A stretch of DNA of 56,231 bases, taken from Carpediemonas membranifera BICM (lineage: Eukaryota > Protista > Fornicata). The DNA lies in contig JAHDYR010000055.1 in NCBI GenBank assembly GCA_019828565.1, positions 47,964 through 104,194 of the forward strand, given 5' to 3'. The notes below the pieces were generated by a model, which saw only the letters and a list, made by a program, of their open reading frames with translations, had not been told where the DNA came from and searched no databases. The position numbers and the translations under genes were made by a program. Shown in pieces: positions 1-12,324 of the stretch (position 1 is the stretch's first letter; every line of letters starts with the position of its first letter).

Positions 1-470
1 CTAGCCCAGATCCAGAAGGAGGCGGAGGACCGGAACCTGACACTCCGTGGACTACACACTCCGGGCATCATCAACCTGGCAGCAGATCGGCTGTCCAGAG
101 ACTTCTCACGACTCCCTTCCTCTCTGGAGTCCAGCATGGAATCTGTCCTCGCGGAGTGGGGGTCCAGTCCAGACAGTCTCAACGGACGTGGAGCGTAAGG
201 CTTGGATGTCGCGTCCTCTGGGCCCCCAATTCGTCTATGGCAGTCATAGTCCAGAAGATAGCGACAGCGAGAGTTCAGACTCAGACTGGACACCCGAGGT
301 CTTGGACCTCAGCAGTCTTTCTCCTCTACCCAGAGGTTCAAGCGCCGGAGATGAGACTCCTCAAGAGTTGGACGTCCTGGAAACTCCGTCTCTCCGTCCC
401 GGCTTCGAGCTCAGATCTGGCCCACCTACTTCACCTACAGGACAGAGGACGCCTACGGTTCAATGTGATG
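1..470 (+). pseudogene. RNase H C-terminus and downstream domain of YR-element pol (frameshifted)
   Basis: HTPGIINLAADRLSR; GHPRSWTSAVFLLYPEVQAP aligns with TDPRKCRLAIILLVSDARSP of the 19920-21779 ORF. Confidence 0.7.
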
Positions 471-1391
471 GCGTTCAGGACGTTTTTCCACAGAGTCCTC
501 AGGTCGGACAGAGTGATTCACCTTAATCACGCGTCTGCTCGGACGGTGGCCGGCTGGGTGGCCAGGTTCGAAGGCTCTCGCGATCGCAGCCTGTCGGATC
601 GAGACCAGCTTGTAGCCTTCCTCAAGGACGAAGGCTCCTTCTGCGGGCCATCGAACGTGGCGAGGAAGGGCTACTGTATTGTTCAGCTACAGGAGTTCCT
701 CAAAGACTGGCATCCGCCCGCCAACTCCAAGTACATCGTTAAGCAGGCGGCTAAGGGCGCCAGCACGGCGGGAACTACCGGCGGCTCGCGCGCCATCACC
801 AAGGCTGAGATGATCGAGGCACTGGGGCGCCGGAGTGACGACTTTGAGTCATATCAGGCATGTCTCTTTGGGGCAGTCGCCTATCTGACGGTGTCCAGAG
901 GCATCGAGATACTCTCCCTATGCCCGGCCGACCTGGAGCTACTCAAGAACGGCGACATTCTCCTACACATTCAGCGGACCAAGACCATCCTAACGGGAGT
1001 TAAGAAGCGCGTACCATACGTATGGCTATCAGCCGCCTTCAACCCGGCCTTGGCACTTAGACGCTGGGTCGAGGGCACACACTACCTGGCTGATGACACC
1101 CCCATCTGGCGAGTCATAGTCAACGGGCGCCTGAGCAGAGACAAACCGCTCACAGCCGCACACCTCCGACGAGTCGTGAAGGCGTTGTTCGGTCCACGGA
1201 CGGGTCTCCACAGCTTCCGTAAGGGGGCAGCGTCGGAGATGGCTCTATCAGGAGTCCCGCTGGAGGTGATCCTCTCAATGGGCACATGGAAGGACGTCAC
1301 CTCCCTCCGCAGCTATGTCGCTGACGCCATCAGAACAAACGAGGACCTCACCAGGAGGATGAACCTCAGCCTTCTCGGGCCCCACTTTTAA
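468..1391 (+). CDS. Tyrosine recombinase (ORF open from 156; first ATG at 468)
   Basis: Catalytic motifs SRGIEILSL (R), HSFRKG (HxxR), GTW, LRSY. Confidence 0.9.
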   Translation: MAFRTFFHRVLRSDRVIHLNHASARTVAGWVARFEGSRDRSLSDRDQLVAFLKDEGSFCGPSNVARKGYCIVQLQEFLKDWHPPANSKYIVKQAAKGASTAGTTGGSRAITKAEMIEALGRRSDDFESYQACLFGAVAYLTVSRGIEILSLCPADLELLKNGDILLHIQRTKTILTGVKKRVPYVWLSAAFNPALALRRWVEGTHYLADDTPIWRVIVNGRLSRDKPLTAAHLRRVVKALFGPRTGLHSFRKGAASEMALSGVPLEVILSMGTWKDVTSLRSYVADAIRTNEDLTRRMNLSLLGPHF

Positions 1392-1428
1392 CCACCCCCT
1401 CCATTAAACATCCGCGTTCGAGGGGAAC

Positions 1429-1508
1429 GGCCGAGGCGAGACGGACTCGCCGGCCTGGATTCATCATTAATTCTTAACTCTGGTCGAGGCGAGATAGACT
1501 CGCCGGCC
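1429..1508. repeat. Two direct copies of a GC-rich hairpin (GGCGAG-N5-CTCGCC) in the 3' region of YR element A
   Basis: ggccgaggcgagacggactcgccggcc (1429-1455) and ggtcgaggcgagatagactcgccggcc (1482-1508). Confidence 0.7.
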
Positions 1509-1642
1509 CAAAGCTTTAGTCCCACAGGGACGTCTTGCGGGATTGTCCCATTTTGGTTGGATTTAAGAGGAGGGCTCTCTGTTATAGAGCCACACTTTGT
1601 GGATCTAGCGTTGGCATCAGGGGAAGACGAGCGGAAAAGAAG

Positions 1643-1715
1643 CGCCCACCGAGGGGCTCGAACCCTCGACCACTGGATTAAGAGTCCAGCGCTCTACCGA
1701 CTGAGCTAGACGGGC
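1643..1715 (-). tRNA. trnK-CTT: tRNA-Lys (anticodon CTT)
   Basis: Reverse complement GCCCGTCTAGCTCAGTCGGTAGAGCGCTGGACTCTTAATCCAGTGGTCGAGGGTTCGAGCCCCTCGGTGGGCG folds as a 73-nt cloverleaf with A/B boxes; no encoded CCA; TTTT terminator just downstream. Confidence 0.97.
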
Positions 1716-1820
1716 TTTGAGACGTCAGCTCCGGCGTGAGATAATGGAGCATGGGCGATGGATCTGCCTGATTCGATTTATTCGAGCCGAACGAATCGGG
1801 ATCGAATCAATTACGGCCAG

Positions 1821-2046
1821 ATGGCTGAAGAAACCGAGAACAACACCGGGGACCGCACGCCTGAAGCAGAGAAGACGCCAGATCCGCAGAAGCGCATCAA
1901 CGAACTAACAGGCGAGTTATTGACGCTTCGAGATTTAATGTCGCTGGAGTGGCGCCACCCGGACTCACTAGCCATGCGTAACGAGTCCGAATGGCTGCAG
2001 ATGCTCTACAGGGACATCGTCCTCCACCCGAGCTGGACAACCGAGA
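1821..2046 (+). pseudogene. Truncated ORF1 (gag-like) of YR element B
   Basis: LEWRHPDSLAMRNESEWLQMLYR matches LSWKRPASQSMKEEAEFLEDLYR (11650 ORF) and VVWQRPASNTMKEETDFLENLYR (22968 ORF). Confidence 0.75.
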
Positions 2047-2108
2047 CGACACCCATGTGTCGAGCTGGACGACTCAAGACTATTAAATAATCTATTGATG
2101 AACCAACA
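2047..2108 (-). repeat. Gypsy-1 3' LTR (truncated)
   Basis: Identical to 7336-7397; PPT at 2109-2118. Confidence 0.9.
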
Positions 2109-2878
2109 CTTCCCTCCCATGCTCCGGTAGAGCATCAAAAAACTCAACACTATTATGAAGGGTGTGCTAGGTGCTTGGTCCGGGTGAATTGCCCAGATAC
2201 AAGCTCCAGTAACCGTCGCTTCCATGGGGACTCGCCATGGAGCCGGAGTTGGCAATGGACTAAGCCCTATTGCCTGAACCGTTGTGAGCTCGGGACTTTC
2301 GAGTTCACCGGATACCCGTTGACCAGACTGGCTATAGAAACCCTAGACCCGAGTCTTATGCCCGGCGTGATGTCCAGTCACGTTTCTGAGATATGCTTAC
2401 CTCACTACCAAATCTAAATTACCTAATATTATCTGATCAAATCTTGCGTGGTACCACTGTATTAGCGCGCTATGTTATGGGTATCCTTACCTGGGGTCCT
2501 GCCCCTCTTGAAAGTCTTTGAAACATACCCGACGATTCTGAAAGGGTCAAATGGCGCACTTTTAGGTGCCATCGATGTCCCCATGTCAATTCTTACCAGA
2601 GGTTGGTTACATTCCGCCTAATCTTACACGGCGTTCAAAAAACGGGTTAAGAGGCTCCAATTCCTTCTCGTTCGCGAGATATGGCACTTTTCGTTTTGCA
2701 CCGCCGGAAACACTTTTTGGATCCCGAAAACGCGGCTATATTGAATAACAACATCAGTTCCACCATGTAAACAACTCTATGTTCCACTTCTGAACAGCAT
2801 TGTTGCGTAACCATTGCGTTTCATCGATTTCGCATTTTTTGCTTTCTGGAAAGTCGACTTTCTAGACGATCACAGCTC

Positions 2879-4000
2879 ATGGGGGATTTCGACGCCGCTG
2901 TGGAAACTATTCTAAATCGTCTTACGACTAACACTTCGAGAATGCAATTTTGCCGTCTCCTCCGTCGCCATATCTCTGAAACTGGTTCCTACCTCGAGTT
3001 GTTCACCCCTTACCAGCCGCGACGTGCTCCTAGGCGCCAAAACGTCCCTAATGTCCCAGAGGAACTTGCTGGCGCCGTAACCAGTTCTGCATCTGACAGC
3101 GAGAGCGTTAACGCCGTCGACCTACGCTACCTTCCGGCTTCTCCTGACCCAACCGACAATGAGTCTGACTCCGAGTCGGACGACACCCCGCCATCCCTCT
3201 CTGGCTACGTGGAACTCGTCACCCGGCAGGCAGTCAGCTACTACTGGAACTCTCCCCGGACTGAGTTACTGCTGCTCACCGACAACCGGCTGCACTCTTA
3301 CACCCGCGCTTCCGCTGCAGTGCACTCGCATGACGCCGGCGCTGATCTATGCCGTGACGCTATCGTACTCCAGGCGATGTCGGCTTACCTCTCCATACGT
3401 CGCGATTCGACTGATGCTGCCATCGTTTCAGCCTACCTTACTGCTGTTCGAGACAAACGCGCGTATGTGCCGAACGCGCTCAAGCAAGAGATCGAGAATC
3501 GCTCTGGCCTCAGCATCGTCACCATGCGTCCTCATGTCTTCCGTGCTGTCATGCTCGGCCACGATGTCAACCTATATTTTGTGCTGCACATGGGAGAGGC
3601 CCTCGGTATCCTCACCCGCGCTGATTGCGCTGAGTTCGCTCGTCAGTACTTCGCTCGCATGCGTAGCGGCGCTTCCTTCGACGACGCGGAGTTCAGTCTT
3701 CTGTCAGGCTTCATGCCGGTTACTGCTGACCGCGCCCCGTCGCTGACTCTGCAAGACATGACTTCTGCAGCCTTCACGGTCTCGCGTGTTTGGCATTATC
3801 GTTTTGACGCCCCTGGTCTTCTGCGCCTGCATGTCAGTTATGAGGAATGCCCCAATGTGAGCAGCATTGCCATCGCTACTCGGCGCATGCAGACTCACCC
3901 TGCCGTTGCCCAGTTCCTCACTGAGCATCCGTCTTACGAGTCTTACCTCGCCGACGACGTTGCCCTCGATGGTAACGTCCGTTGTGACACTTGCGAATAA
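2879..4000 (+). CDS. Antisense accessory protein of Gypsy-1 (373 aa) with a C-terminal chromodomain-like region
   Basis: Intact ORF convergent with pol, between pol and the 3' LTR; FTVSRVWHYR..GLLRLHVSYEECP..HPAVAQFLTEHP; similar to the Gypsy-2 antisense protein. Confidence 0.8.
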   Translation: MGDFDAAVETILNRLTTNTSRMQFCRLLRRHISETGSYLELFTPYQPRRAPRRQNVPNVPEELAGAVTSSASDSESVNAVDLRYLPASPDPTDNESDSESDDTPPSLSGYVELVTRQAVSYYWNSPRTELLLLTDNRLHSYTRASAAVHSHDAGADLCRDAIVLQAMSAYLSIRRDSTDAAIVSAYLTAVRDKRAYVPNALKQEIENRSGLSIVTMRPHVFRAVMLGHDVNLYFVLHMGEALGILTRADCAEFARQYFARMRSGASFDDAEFSLLSGFMPVTADRAPSLTLQDMTSAAFTVSRVWHYRFDAPGLLRLHVSYEECPNVSSIAIATRRMQTHPAVAQFLTEHPSYESYLADDVALDGNVRCDTCE

Positions 4001-4025
4001 ACAGTTTCTGATGCTTGGGGGCCAT

Positions 4026-7000
4026 TTATTCGGCCTTCCCCAGATATATATCCAACGCTTCGCATCCCTTAACGTTCTGGTACGGCTCCCACGTATCTTC
4101 CGAAGGCTCGTACCCTGCCCATCGGACGTGGAACTGCCGATCGCTGAGTCTGCGCTCATGCGTTGCTTCGTATATCGACTCCACGACATACTCGCCGATC
4201 GTCACTGCTGCTAGCTCTTGGGCATGTTGCATGGACAGCTCGCCTGAAAATGGTCTGACCCTCTCGGACGCGACCTGGAATTCGGTCCTCGTATTGACAT
4301 CTCTAACCCAGTAACCAACAGGAAAGTCATTCCTCATGATAGGCTGGATCAGTTGCATGGGGCCTCGCCACCCTGCAGCCAACTTTGATGGTGGCCCATT
4401 CGGGTATTTGACCAATACAAACTCAGACGTAATTGGTTCAGGAGGGGGCAGCTTGCTGAGAGCGTCAGCGTGCATTGCCTTAATACGTGCTTCAGCGAGC
4501 TCTCGAGCGAGTTTGGCAGCAGCTACGTTGCTCGCTGGTTGGCTGACCGCCTTCTCACCCAGTTCTTTGACGATTAGCATGTCGGCCGGTACGCGCAGAT
4601 CACTACCAAAAATCACCTCTGCTGGGGTTAAACGCGTTGCTGAGTGTGGTGTCGCGTTGACAATGTACTGTGCAACTGGCAACGACTCCGACCACAGCTC
4701 CGACCTCAGCTCGTACTGCCGCGCCCTCAGAATACGCTCGACTCTGCTGTTCGCTCGTTCGACCACTCCATTTGACTGTGGATGATATGGAGTGGCACAT
4801 CGTTGAAAGACTTGGACATGTATGACACCGGCTTACCGTCTTGTAGCAACACTCCGCCAATTCCAAGGTCTGACGCGTCAGTCATGACGACGTGCTCACG
4901 GGTAACATCGAAGTGTTCGAGGGCGGGAGCCTGACACAGCAGATCTTTGACCTGCGCCAAAGCCTCGACCTGATCGCTGCCGTCAGGAGGTGCCTTGCCA
5001 CACGCGGCTTGAGCTAAAGGGTGCACGATCCTCGAAAAACCTGGCACAAAATCTCTCATGAAGTTCAAGAATCCCATTAGGGCTTGAGCGGCCTTCTTCG
5101 TCTTCGGGACACGCAGCGTCTCAACATCCCGAATGCGGTCTGGCGCAATTCTAAATCCTGTACCCGACACCACCCAGCCTAAGAACTCGACTTCTGCGAG
5201 TCCAAAGTGTGACTTCTCCTTGTTGAGGCTGAGTTTCAACTCTTCGGCCCTCGCCAACACCTTGTTCAAGTTGGACAAGTACTCTTGCTCTGTGCGGCCG
5301 AAAATTATAATGTCGTCAATATATATGATACACGCGGTACCAAGTAGATCGTGGAATCCCCGTTCAATTGCAAACTGGAAATGCGCCCCAGCGTTTTTTC
5401 AATCCAAACGGCATGCCCGTATACTGGAACTTGCCTCGTGGGGTCTGGAATGCAGTGTATTGTCTCGACCTTTCGGACAACTTGACTTGATGATAACCCT
5501 TCGAAAGGTCAATCGTGGCGAAGATCTTAGCTCCTGCCAACCGTGCGAGGCACGCTTGAACCTCTGGGATCGGGTAATCAAACGGCTCAGTCAGGTCGTT
5601 GATCCTTCTGAAATCGACAACCATACGAGTTCTGTCTCGGCCCTTCGGGACGAGGAGAGCTGAGACGAGTACGGAGAGAAACTCGCCTCAATATACTTCT
5701 TGGCTAACAGCTCCCGGACGTGCTCATCAAACAGACCCTGCTTCTGGTGAGGGATGTAATTTGACCTGGACGCTACTACTCGGTCCTCCTTCAAGATCAG
5801 GTCATAAGGCTCTAAGGCAGAAAACCCCTCACGCTCCTCGAAGCAACGGCTGAACTTGGCGATGATTCGCGCATGCATCGCTGTAAAATCTGTTGACATA
5901 GTGTAGGACTGCATCGCGTCCATTGGGGGGACGGACGGTTCCATATCGTCAGAGTCCCGGCTCGCTTGAGATTCCGCGACACTGGGCAGGATGCCCCACT
6001 CAACCATCGTTGGGTACGACAATAGAAGGTCGTAGATGCATTCAACTCCGTATGCGGCGACAGTAGTCGACAGTGCCTTTGGAGTGAAAGGTGACTTATG
6101 CATGAGAAGGGGAATCTCATAGCAAACGTCGGACTCAATAGATCCCCCTGGAGTCTTGATGACGATAGGTTGACTGAGCTTCGTCGGAATAAGTTCAGCA
6201 GCGGTTGCCGACTGGGGGTTCACCAAGCAAATATCCGCCCCGCAGTCGAAAAGTACACGCTCCCATTGCACACTGTGATCATTACCGACCGGAACCTCTG
6301 CTGTTACTATCGGGAGCGCGTTGCTGTGTGTCTGACTCAACGATGTCAGGACATGAGCGGGTGCACGAGAAAAGGATGAACAAGCCTGGGGGTTTACTGA
6401 AGTACCCCGACAGAACTTGTCTTGATGTCCCTGCTTACCGCACTTGCTGCAGACAGTCTTCGGGTTCCGACACTGGCGCGATGTGTGACCGGACTTGCCG
6501 CAGTTGTAGCACACGATGGTACGGCTGGTGCTCTGATGATCGGTGCTTGAGCCGGTCTGCTGACTTCTCTGCATTTCAGACTGGGCTCCCCGGTACTGGT
6601 GCTTGCCATGAGACTGGTGCTCATCCGGGTGAGGCGGGCCGCCCTGTCGGCGCAGACCTCGAGAATGGCTTGCGCGCTGGTCCTTAGGAGGGCGGTTTCG
6701 AGGCTGAGAATCGGACTTGATGGTCCTGGAAGTAATCATCGCAGCCTCTTGGAGACGCTTGCACGTCTGGAGAGCGACCTGGATGGTGCTGTTAAGGTCA
6801 AGCCCTGTAGCCGCCTCCTTGACTTCCCTACGGAGGTCCTCGTCCTGGATTCCCTTCACGAACATGCTGCGCATCACGGCGTCGGAGAAAGAGGGAGCCA
6901 AGACGGCCTTGCGGCTGATGAATCTGTCGGCATAGAGTGAGAGACGTCCCACGTCAATACCCTGGGTCGTTAGCTGGAAAAGACGGCGCTCTAGGATCGG

Positions 7001-7280
7001 ATCAGTGGGCTTAATTGCGTTAGCAATCGCTCTGAAAAACGAGGTCCTCTCTCTCATGTTTCTTACGCTTCTCGCCCGTCACTGTGTTGTGCTTCGCGCT
7101 CTTGTATGTCTTGGCTACGTCTATACCAACTGCTGCACAGTATGAGGTGACAGCCGGACCCAAACGCTTGATAAGTCGGCGTTTTCCGCCCGTTCGGACA
7201 TGGCGATCGAGTTTCTCCTTAAACGAAAGCAGAGCATTAATCTCTGGTTGAGTACATAACGGACCCTTGTCCTCAGTCAT
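4026..7280 (-). pseudogene. Gypsy-1 gag-pol with frameshifts and an internal RNase H/integrase deletion near 4795
   Basis: Two CX2CX4HX4C knuckles, LFDCGA protease, RT motifs (VVDFRRIN, IDLSKGYHQ, MPFGL), TDASD, then a jump from MSKSFNDV to YHPQSNGVVER; chromodomain YVVESI..FHVRWAGYEPSEDTWEP. Confidence 0.92.
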
Positions 7281-7295
7281 TGTAAGTAACGTTAC

Positions 7296-7397
7296 TGTGG
7301 GTTCGTGAGAACAAAGCTTTACAAAGAATAGAGCTCGACACCCATGTGTCGAGCTGGACGACTCAAGACTATTAAATAATCTATTGATGAACCAACA
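7296..7397 (-). repeat. Gypsy-1 5' LTR (102 bp)
   Basis: TGTTGG...CCCACA on minus; TATTTAA box; hairpin AGCTCGACAC-N4-GTGTCGAGCT. Confidence 0.9.
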
Positions 7398-10300
7398 ACA
7401 CGATGCTTGATCGGCGATCAGAGGATAAATGTCACGTCAGGTGCTGCGACTGTGCCTAGCTGCGAAGCACTGTGATACTGTGATACTATGTTAGATGACG
7501 CGACGGCACTCCGTCGACTTGAAAGACACTCAGCCTCGTCTCAAGTGAAAAGCTTAAGATGACTGCAGCCCTCTCGCATTGCTCTGCGGTACAGGGACTT
7601 ATCGAAGCTAATCCAAGCTTCATGAAGACAACTTGGCATCATACCGTCGCCACCAAGTGAGAGCTTGGGGCCGGTTTGACCGTCCAGCGGACTGGGACCG
7701 GGTCGACTCGACTGTTGCTAGTCGATATAAACACTATAGAGCCTGACAGGCTCACCAACCATTCGCATGATGGTACAATTAACACACAACCGTTTCAACG
7801 GAATGACGTGTGATCGTGGGACTTGCTCCATGGCCTACTGACATAGTGAGGCCATGTTCTATCACATTATGCCTGCCGTGTACCAGGACTTATTTGATCA
7901 GGTCGCAGCGAACGCTTCTCGACCTCTCCACCAACGAGCATCATATATGACAAGGCTCACAACTGGCTGAGACAACTACTGGACAACGAGCACCCGTGCG
8001 GGTCTGGCTCTAACTCGTCCGTAGCGTGACCTTTGCACCGTCGCCGCCAAGGGAAAGCTTGAGGCCGGATATGTATAACGAGACTCGTGATATCTCACTG
8101 ACGTCTCTCGCTTTGGTGTACATGCGCCCGTCGGCACGGCATCCAAGACCAAAACCTTCTGACAAGCTCCATCAGTCTCAGATCTGCGCGTCGATGAGGA
8201 TTGGTTGGCCGGCCGCACCTACACCATACACAGAATCATCAACCCTTCTGCAAGTCAGGGACTACTCGCTCTCCTCCCGTCGGATTCGAACCTTCGAGCA
8301 GCCGTCACACCGCTATTACCGAGCGGTGCCCTCGCTGGACTACTGCCAGATGCGCAATATAAACTACGGGATCCCTGTGTGAAAGAAACTACTAGTGGCT
8401 ACTGCTCACTAGACTCGGTAACGACCGAACGGTCAGACTACCGTCATGCTATAGCTTACCCGTCCATGCAACCCACCGTCAGCCTACTCGCCGCAGCGTT
8501 GTTCAGCGACCTGGTGGCTACAGGACACGTTCTTATGCCAGAGGACCGGACACGGCTACTGCTGGCTTTCTCATGGTGTTCGATGAACGATGAAGGAGCG
8601 ACCTCCATATGCTAAACTCACTCTAGACTAGACATACTAGACTAGACTCAATTGAGACTTGAATTCTTCGCGGTATACCTTGGCACTAGTGCATAGTGAT
8701 GACTTGAGTGTCCTGGGACAAGATACAAGCGTTTCGGTCCGACCATTTCGTGATGGGACGGCTCCATGTCGATGTGCAAGCTGCCGTGCGAACCATTGCT
8801 ACGGCTCGGGTGTACGAGGAGAGATCATGCCGATCGTGCATGATGGACTTGCGACACAGGTAAGGCTTCACAGGGCCTGTCTGGGCAGACCCTGAACAGG
8901 AGGTTTGGATCTCCAAACATGTGTTGTGGGGTGGTACTCTTGTCAACCCACAGTGTCAAATGTTCTACGTGTGCGCTTGACACGCCTCTAGGCACACTGC
9001 CGGGCACCACCACACGGTGTTACGTCGATAATACTCTTACGATCGGGGCTACTGGCACCGTAGACCTGGGCTGTGATGTGTCTGAGTCTGGCAACGAAGC
9101 CTCATTGTTGCTCAGGTATGTCTGCCAGGGAGAACTGGCTAGCTCACGCGATCATGTAGGGGCGACACGGGTATATCGTACATCTAGTACGACTAGCAGG
9201 GGATGTATCGCGTCAATGTCAGTGTCACTACGACACTGCTCTAAGTTACGGAGTTAGTAAGCCGTGGGAAAGACCACACTGGCCCTTTTGTGTGTGGGTC
9301 TGAGTCGTGCAGGAAGCAAGCAACGCGGGCTGGACCCAGCTGGGGTAGCACGACCCACTACAACAGCTACCTTCTGAGCGCACACGACCTGCGTCGCTCG
9401 CCTTCTAGCAGCATGGGGTAAGCTCATGCATCGATCGTACGCGCTTATGTGCCGTTAAAGACAACTGTCGATCGTGTTCGACAGGGTGTGCGGACATGGT
9501 GACCACCATGGCACGATCTCGGACAATGAATAGGTGCCTATGCCATCATGGCATGACGGCGTTAAGGACACCAGTCGATGGTAGGCTCGACCACCTTCGG
9601 TCGGGCTGAAGCTGTCGTTGAGCAATCTCGTTCAGGCAACGTATCCATGGGGGGAAGAAAGGGCCTCTTCAAAAAGGGTACTGTGCTACATTCTGTGGGA
9701 GAAATCAGTATGCATTGGCTGTTATAGATCTAAGTCACAACCCCATGGGGTTGATAAGCGGTAAGGCAGACGGTCTGTCTGACTTGGCACAGCAAGGTTG
9801 ACAACTAGGTTGACTGGCCTGTCGGGATAAAGCTCATCTCGGTGTACATTAGACAGTTACTAGGCGTGGGGCGTCGTCTACCTCGCCCTCGGCTATGTTA
9901 TGCTTGCGTAGCTTAAGCAAGACATCAGACCTCTACTCTAAGGCATGTGTCGTTAGGCCTCGCCTTGTAGAATGGACAGGCTCACACTGTCCTCGCACCG
10001 GGCTGACACTAGGGCAGACCTTGCCCTGGTCTTGGCAAATGTAGTCAGCGCGGCTCTTGTATTCGGTAGATCAGTTTGACACCTGGCAGCAGAGCCGCCT
10101 TGGTTCATTGGGGGAAGCTAGTCAGTCAGCGACGGTAGAGGGACCGTCGCTATATGTGTACAGCTTCAACAGGGAGTTGACAGTCATCACTCCTGCCTGC
10201 CGGCTCGTAACACCTTCAGGCACTACTGTGTGCTGAGACTGGGCATGATCTAATAGGTCTACTGCTGACCCTAGAATAGAGGAGGAATACGGTTGTGGAG

Positions 10301-11649
10301 GTCGTGATGTGGCACGAGTCTCCCTCGGCACACGATCGTGCACGATCTTGATGGTACTGTTGATACACGAGCTTCTACACTCGCGTGAAATGACAATCTT
10401 GGAGCCCTCATAGAACAAGTTACTGGATGCAGGTCCTCGCCTAGGCCAGGCATGCGAGCTCGGACTGGGGCTCGCCCTGAGGTGCCTTACACTCGGCCTT
10501 GTTACGGCAGAATCGGGAGAGTCCAACCACAATACGTTGGGCTCAAAATGCAAAGTAGATGGTGGTAAACGCATTATGGCATTCAACGCTCGGCTAGCGT
10601 TGCGGTGTAGCATGGCTTCGATGTGTGGATGTCGTATGATGATGGCATGCGCTCTCCTGCAGCACCCAAGATGCTGCGGTGTCGCGGCGAATAGCGCTAC
10701 GTGCCGCCGTTCGAGGATCAGGTGATCAGAGGATTCATCGTCGCACCTTGCGATGATGTTATAGCTAATGTAGTGTAGGATTTGCAGCGCGCGGACTCCA
10801 TGGGCGCGACCACACAGCGGTGAAGATGCTTGAAGCCTGTGACGGAGTTACGCGAGAGGGGTTACGCTTGGACAACCTGTACGAGCAGTCTAGTGAAAGA
10901 ACTTGTGATCGGTAGCTATAGTTGCTGCTGGTAGGTATGGGTTAAAGAAGGCACAATGAAGCTACTGTTGATGATGTGGACAACTAATGATGGTGGGTAC
11001 CGGCCGATACAGGCTCTGTCCTCTTGATGATCAGGGGTCACACTTAGAGTGAGCCCTCAGGGCCATTGCTGATCGAGCTGATCGAACAATACAAAAAGCG
11101 TGGGTCAGCTCGGGCCTGTCTGGCTCCGGTTGACGTGTGGATTATAGACCGAAGAGGTCTTCTGTGGGTTCCTCAATCGTCATTTGAATGAGATCATCAT
11201 TGGAGTTATCAGTTGATGAAGGTGGGGTCGACTCTGGCCGCCAGGGCTCAGGTCGTTAGATGATCGCCGAGTCTCCTGCGCCTGCGGCGCAGGGCCCATA
11301 ACATCTCTTTGTCGTCTTCAGGCTTGATGTGATCAATTGATGATGATGCGGGGGCGGGTCCGGCCGCGCGGGTCCGGCCTGCTGAAGGGCGCGGTCTGAG
11401 ACATGTTTTGACCAACCAAGACACGACAAGAATTCGTTTGTGTTTGAGAAGACTGATGTTGATTATATCACTCGCTAGCACCGCAGGACGTTTGATTCTC
11501 ATCTCCCCGGGAGAAATGATATCATTGTGGTCATCCTACGGCAACTAACGAGTGTTAAACCATTTAGAGCTGAAACTGAGTCTTATCCTGCGGGTGCAGG
11601 ATAAGTACCCGATGATAAATAGATGAGCGGATGACAACTCTCCGGAGCT

Positions 11650-12087
11650 TTGGACAAGCTAAAGGAGCAGCTCGATGACAAGACCGAAGAGAGGAAGCTC
11701 AAAACCACCGTGGCTCAGCTTCAGGAGGAGGCAAATCTTTCCTGGAAACGCCCTGCTTCCCAGTCAATGAAGGAGGAAGCTGAGTTCCTCGAAGACCTCT
11801 ATCGAGGCTTCAAGTTCGGACGCCTGAACGGCTATGGATTGCTCTCGCGCCTGTACCTCCGCCACCGTGTTCTGTGGTGTAAGGACCGGTATGGTTACCT
11901 CGTTGGTCTCTCGGTCGCCACTGCCGGCTCGGCGGCCCTCGCAGAGAAACCCGACATGGGCCCTGAGAAGATTGACAGCGAGGTTGTGTTTAAGACTCTG
12001 GCGAAGAACCCGCACCTCAAGGAGCGAACGAGACAGGACGAGGATTTTCGGAAGCCGAGGAAACCCAAGAGGGCAAACAATCGGTAA
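11650..12087 (+). CDS. ORF1 (small gag-like protein) of YR element C
   Basis: Strong similarity to the joined 22968-23217 + 25013-25275 ORF1 of element D. Confidence 0.75.
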   Translation: MDKLKEQLDDKTEERKLKTTVAQLQEEANLSWKRPASQSMKEEAEFLEDLYRGFKFGRLNGYGLLSRLYLRHRVLWCKDRYGYLVGLSVATAGSAALAEKPDMGPEKIDSEVVFKTLAKNPHLKERTRQDEDFRKPRKPKRANNR

Positions 12088-12324
12088 ACCGCCCTCTGTC
12101 CAAAATTCATCATCATCATTCATTCCCTCCTCTTCATCCATGTCCTCCTCAATCTCCTCCCCCATCGCCTCCTCCCTCTCCCCCACCGTCCCCTCCAACG
12201 TCCCCTCACCCATTACCATCCCCTCAGAGCCATCTGATAGCGCTAGAGACCAATTGCGCGGTGTTGTGGGTCCTACCCAAAGTTACACAGATTTACGTTA
12301 TATTTATTGTCGAAGCCAGAATAA

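Larger units (their letters stand above)
1..1600 (+). mobile_element. Tyrosine-recombinase (DIRS/Ngaro-like) retrotransposon A, 3' part (runs off the window start; right end approximate)
   Basis: Frame 1 from base 1 reads ...GLHTPGIINLAADRLSR (RNase H C-terminal motif), followed by a YR ORF; same layout as element C at 19920-22717. Confidence 0.85.
2047..7397 (-). mobile_element. Gypsy-1: chromovirus-like Ty3/Gypsy LTR retrotransposon, defective
   Basis: 5' LTR 7296-7397 (TG..CA on minus); partial 3' LTR 2047-2108 preceded by PPT GGGAGGGAAG; order gag-PR-RT-RH-IN-chromodomain. Confidence 0.93.

Noticed and set aside
1643-1715. tRNA-Lys as the primer for the LTR elements
   Set aside because: Its 3' end would need a PBS beginning TGGCGCCC; none of the 5' LTRs is followed by that
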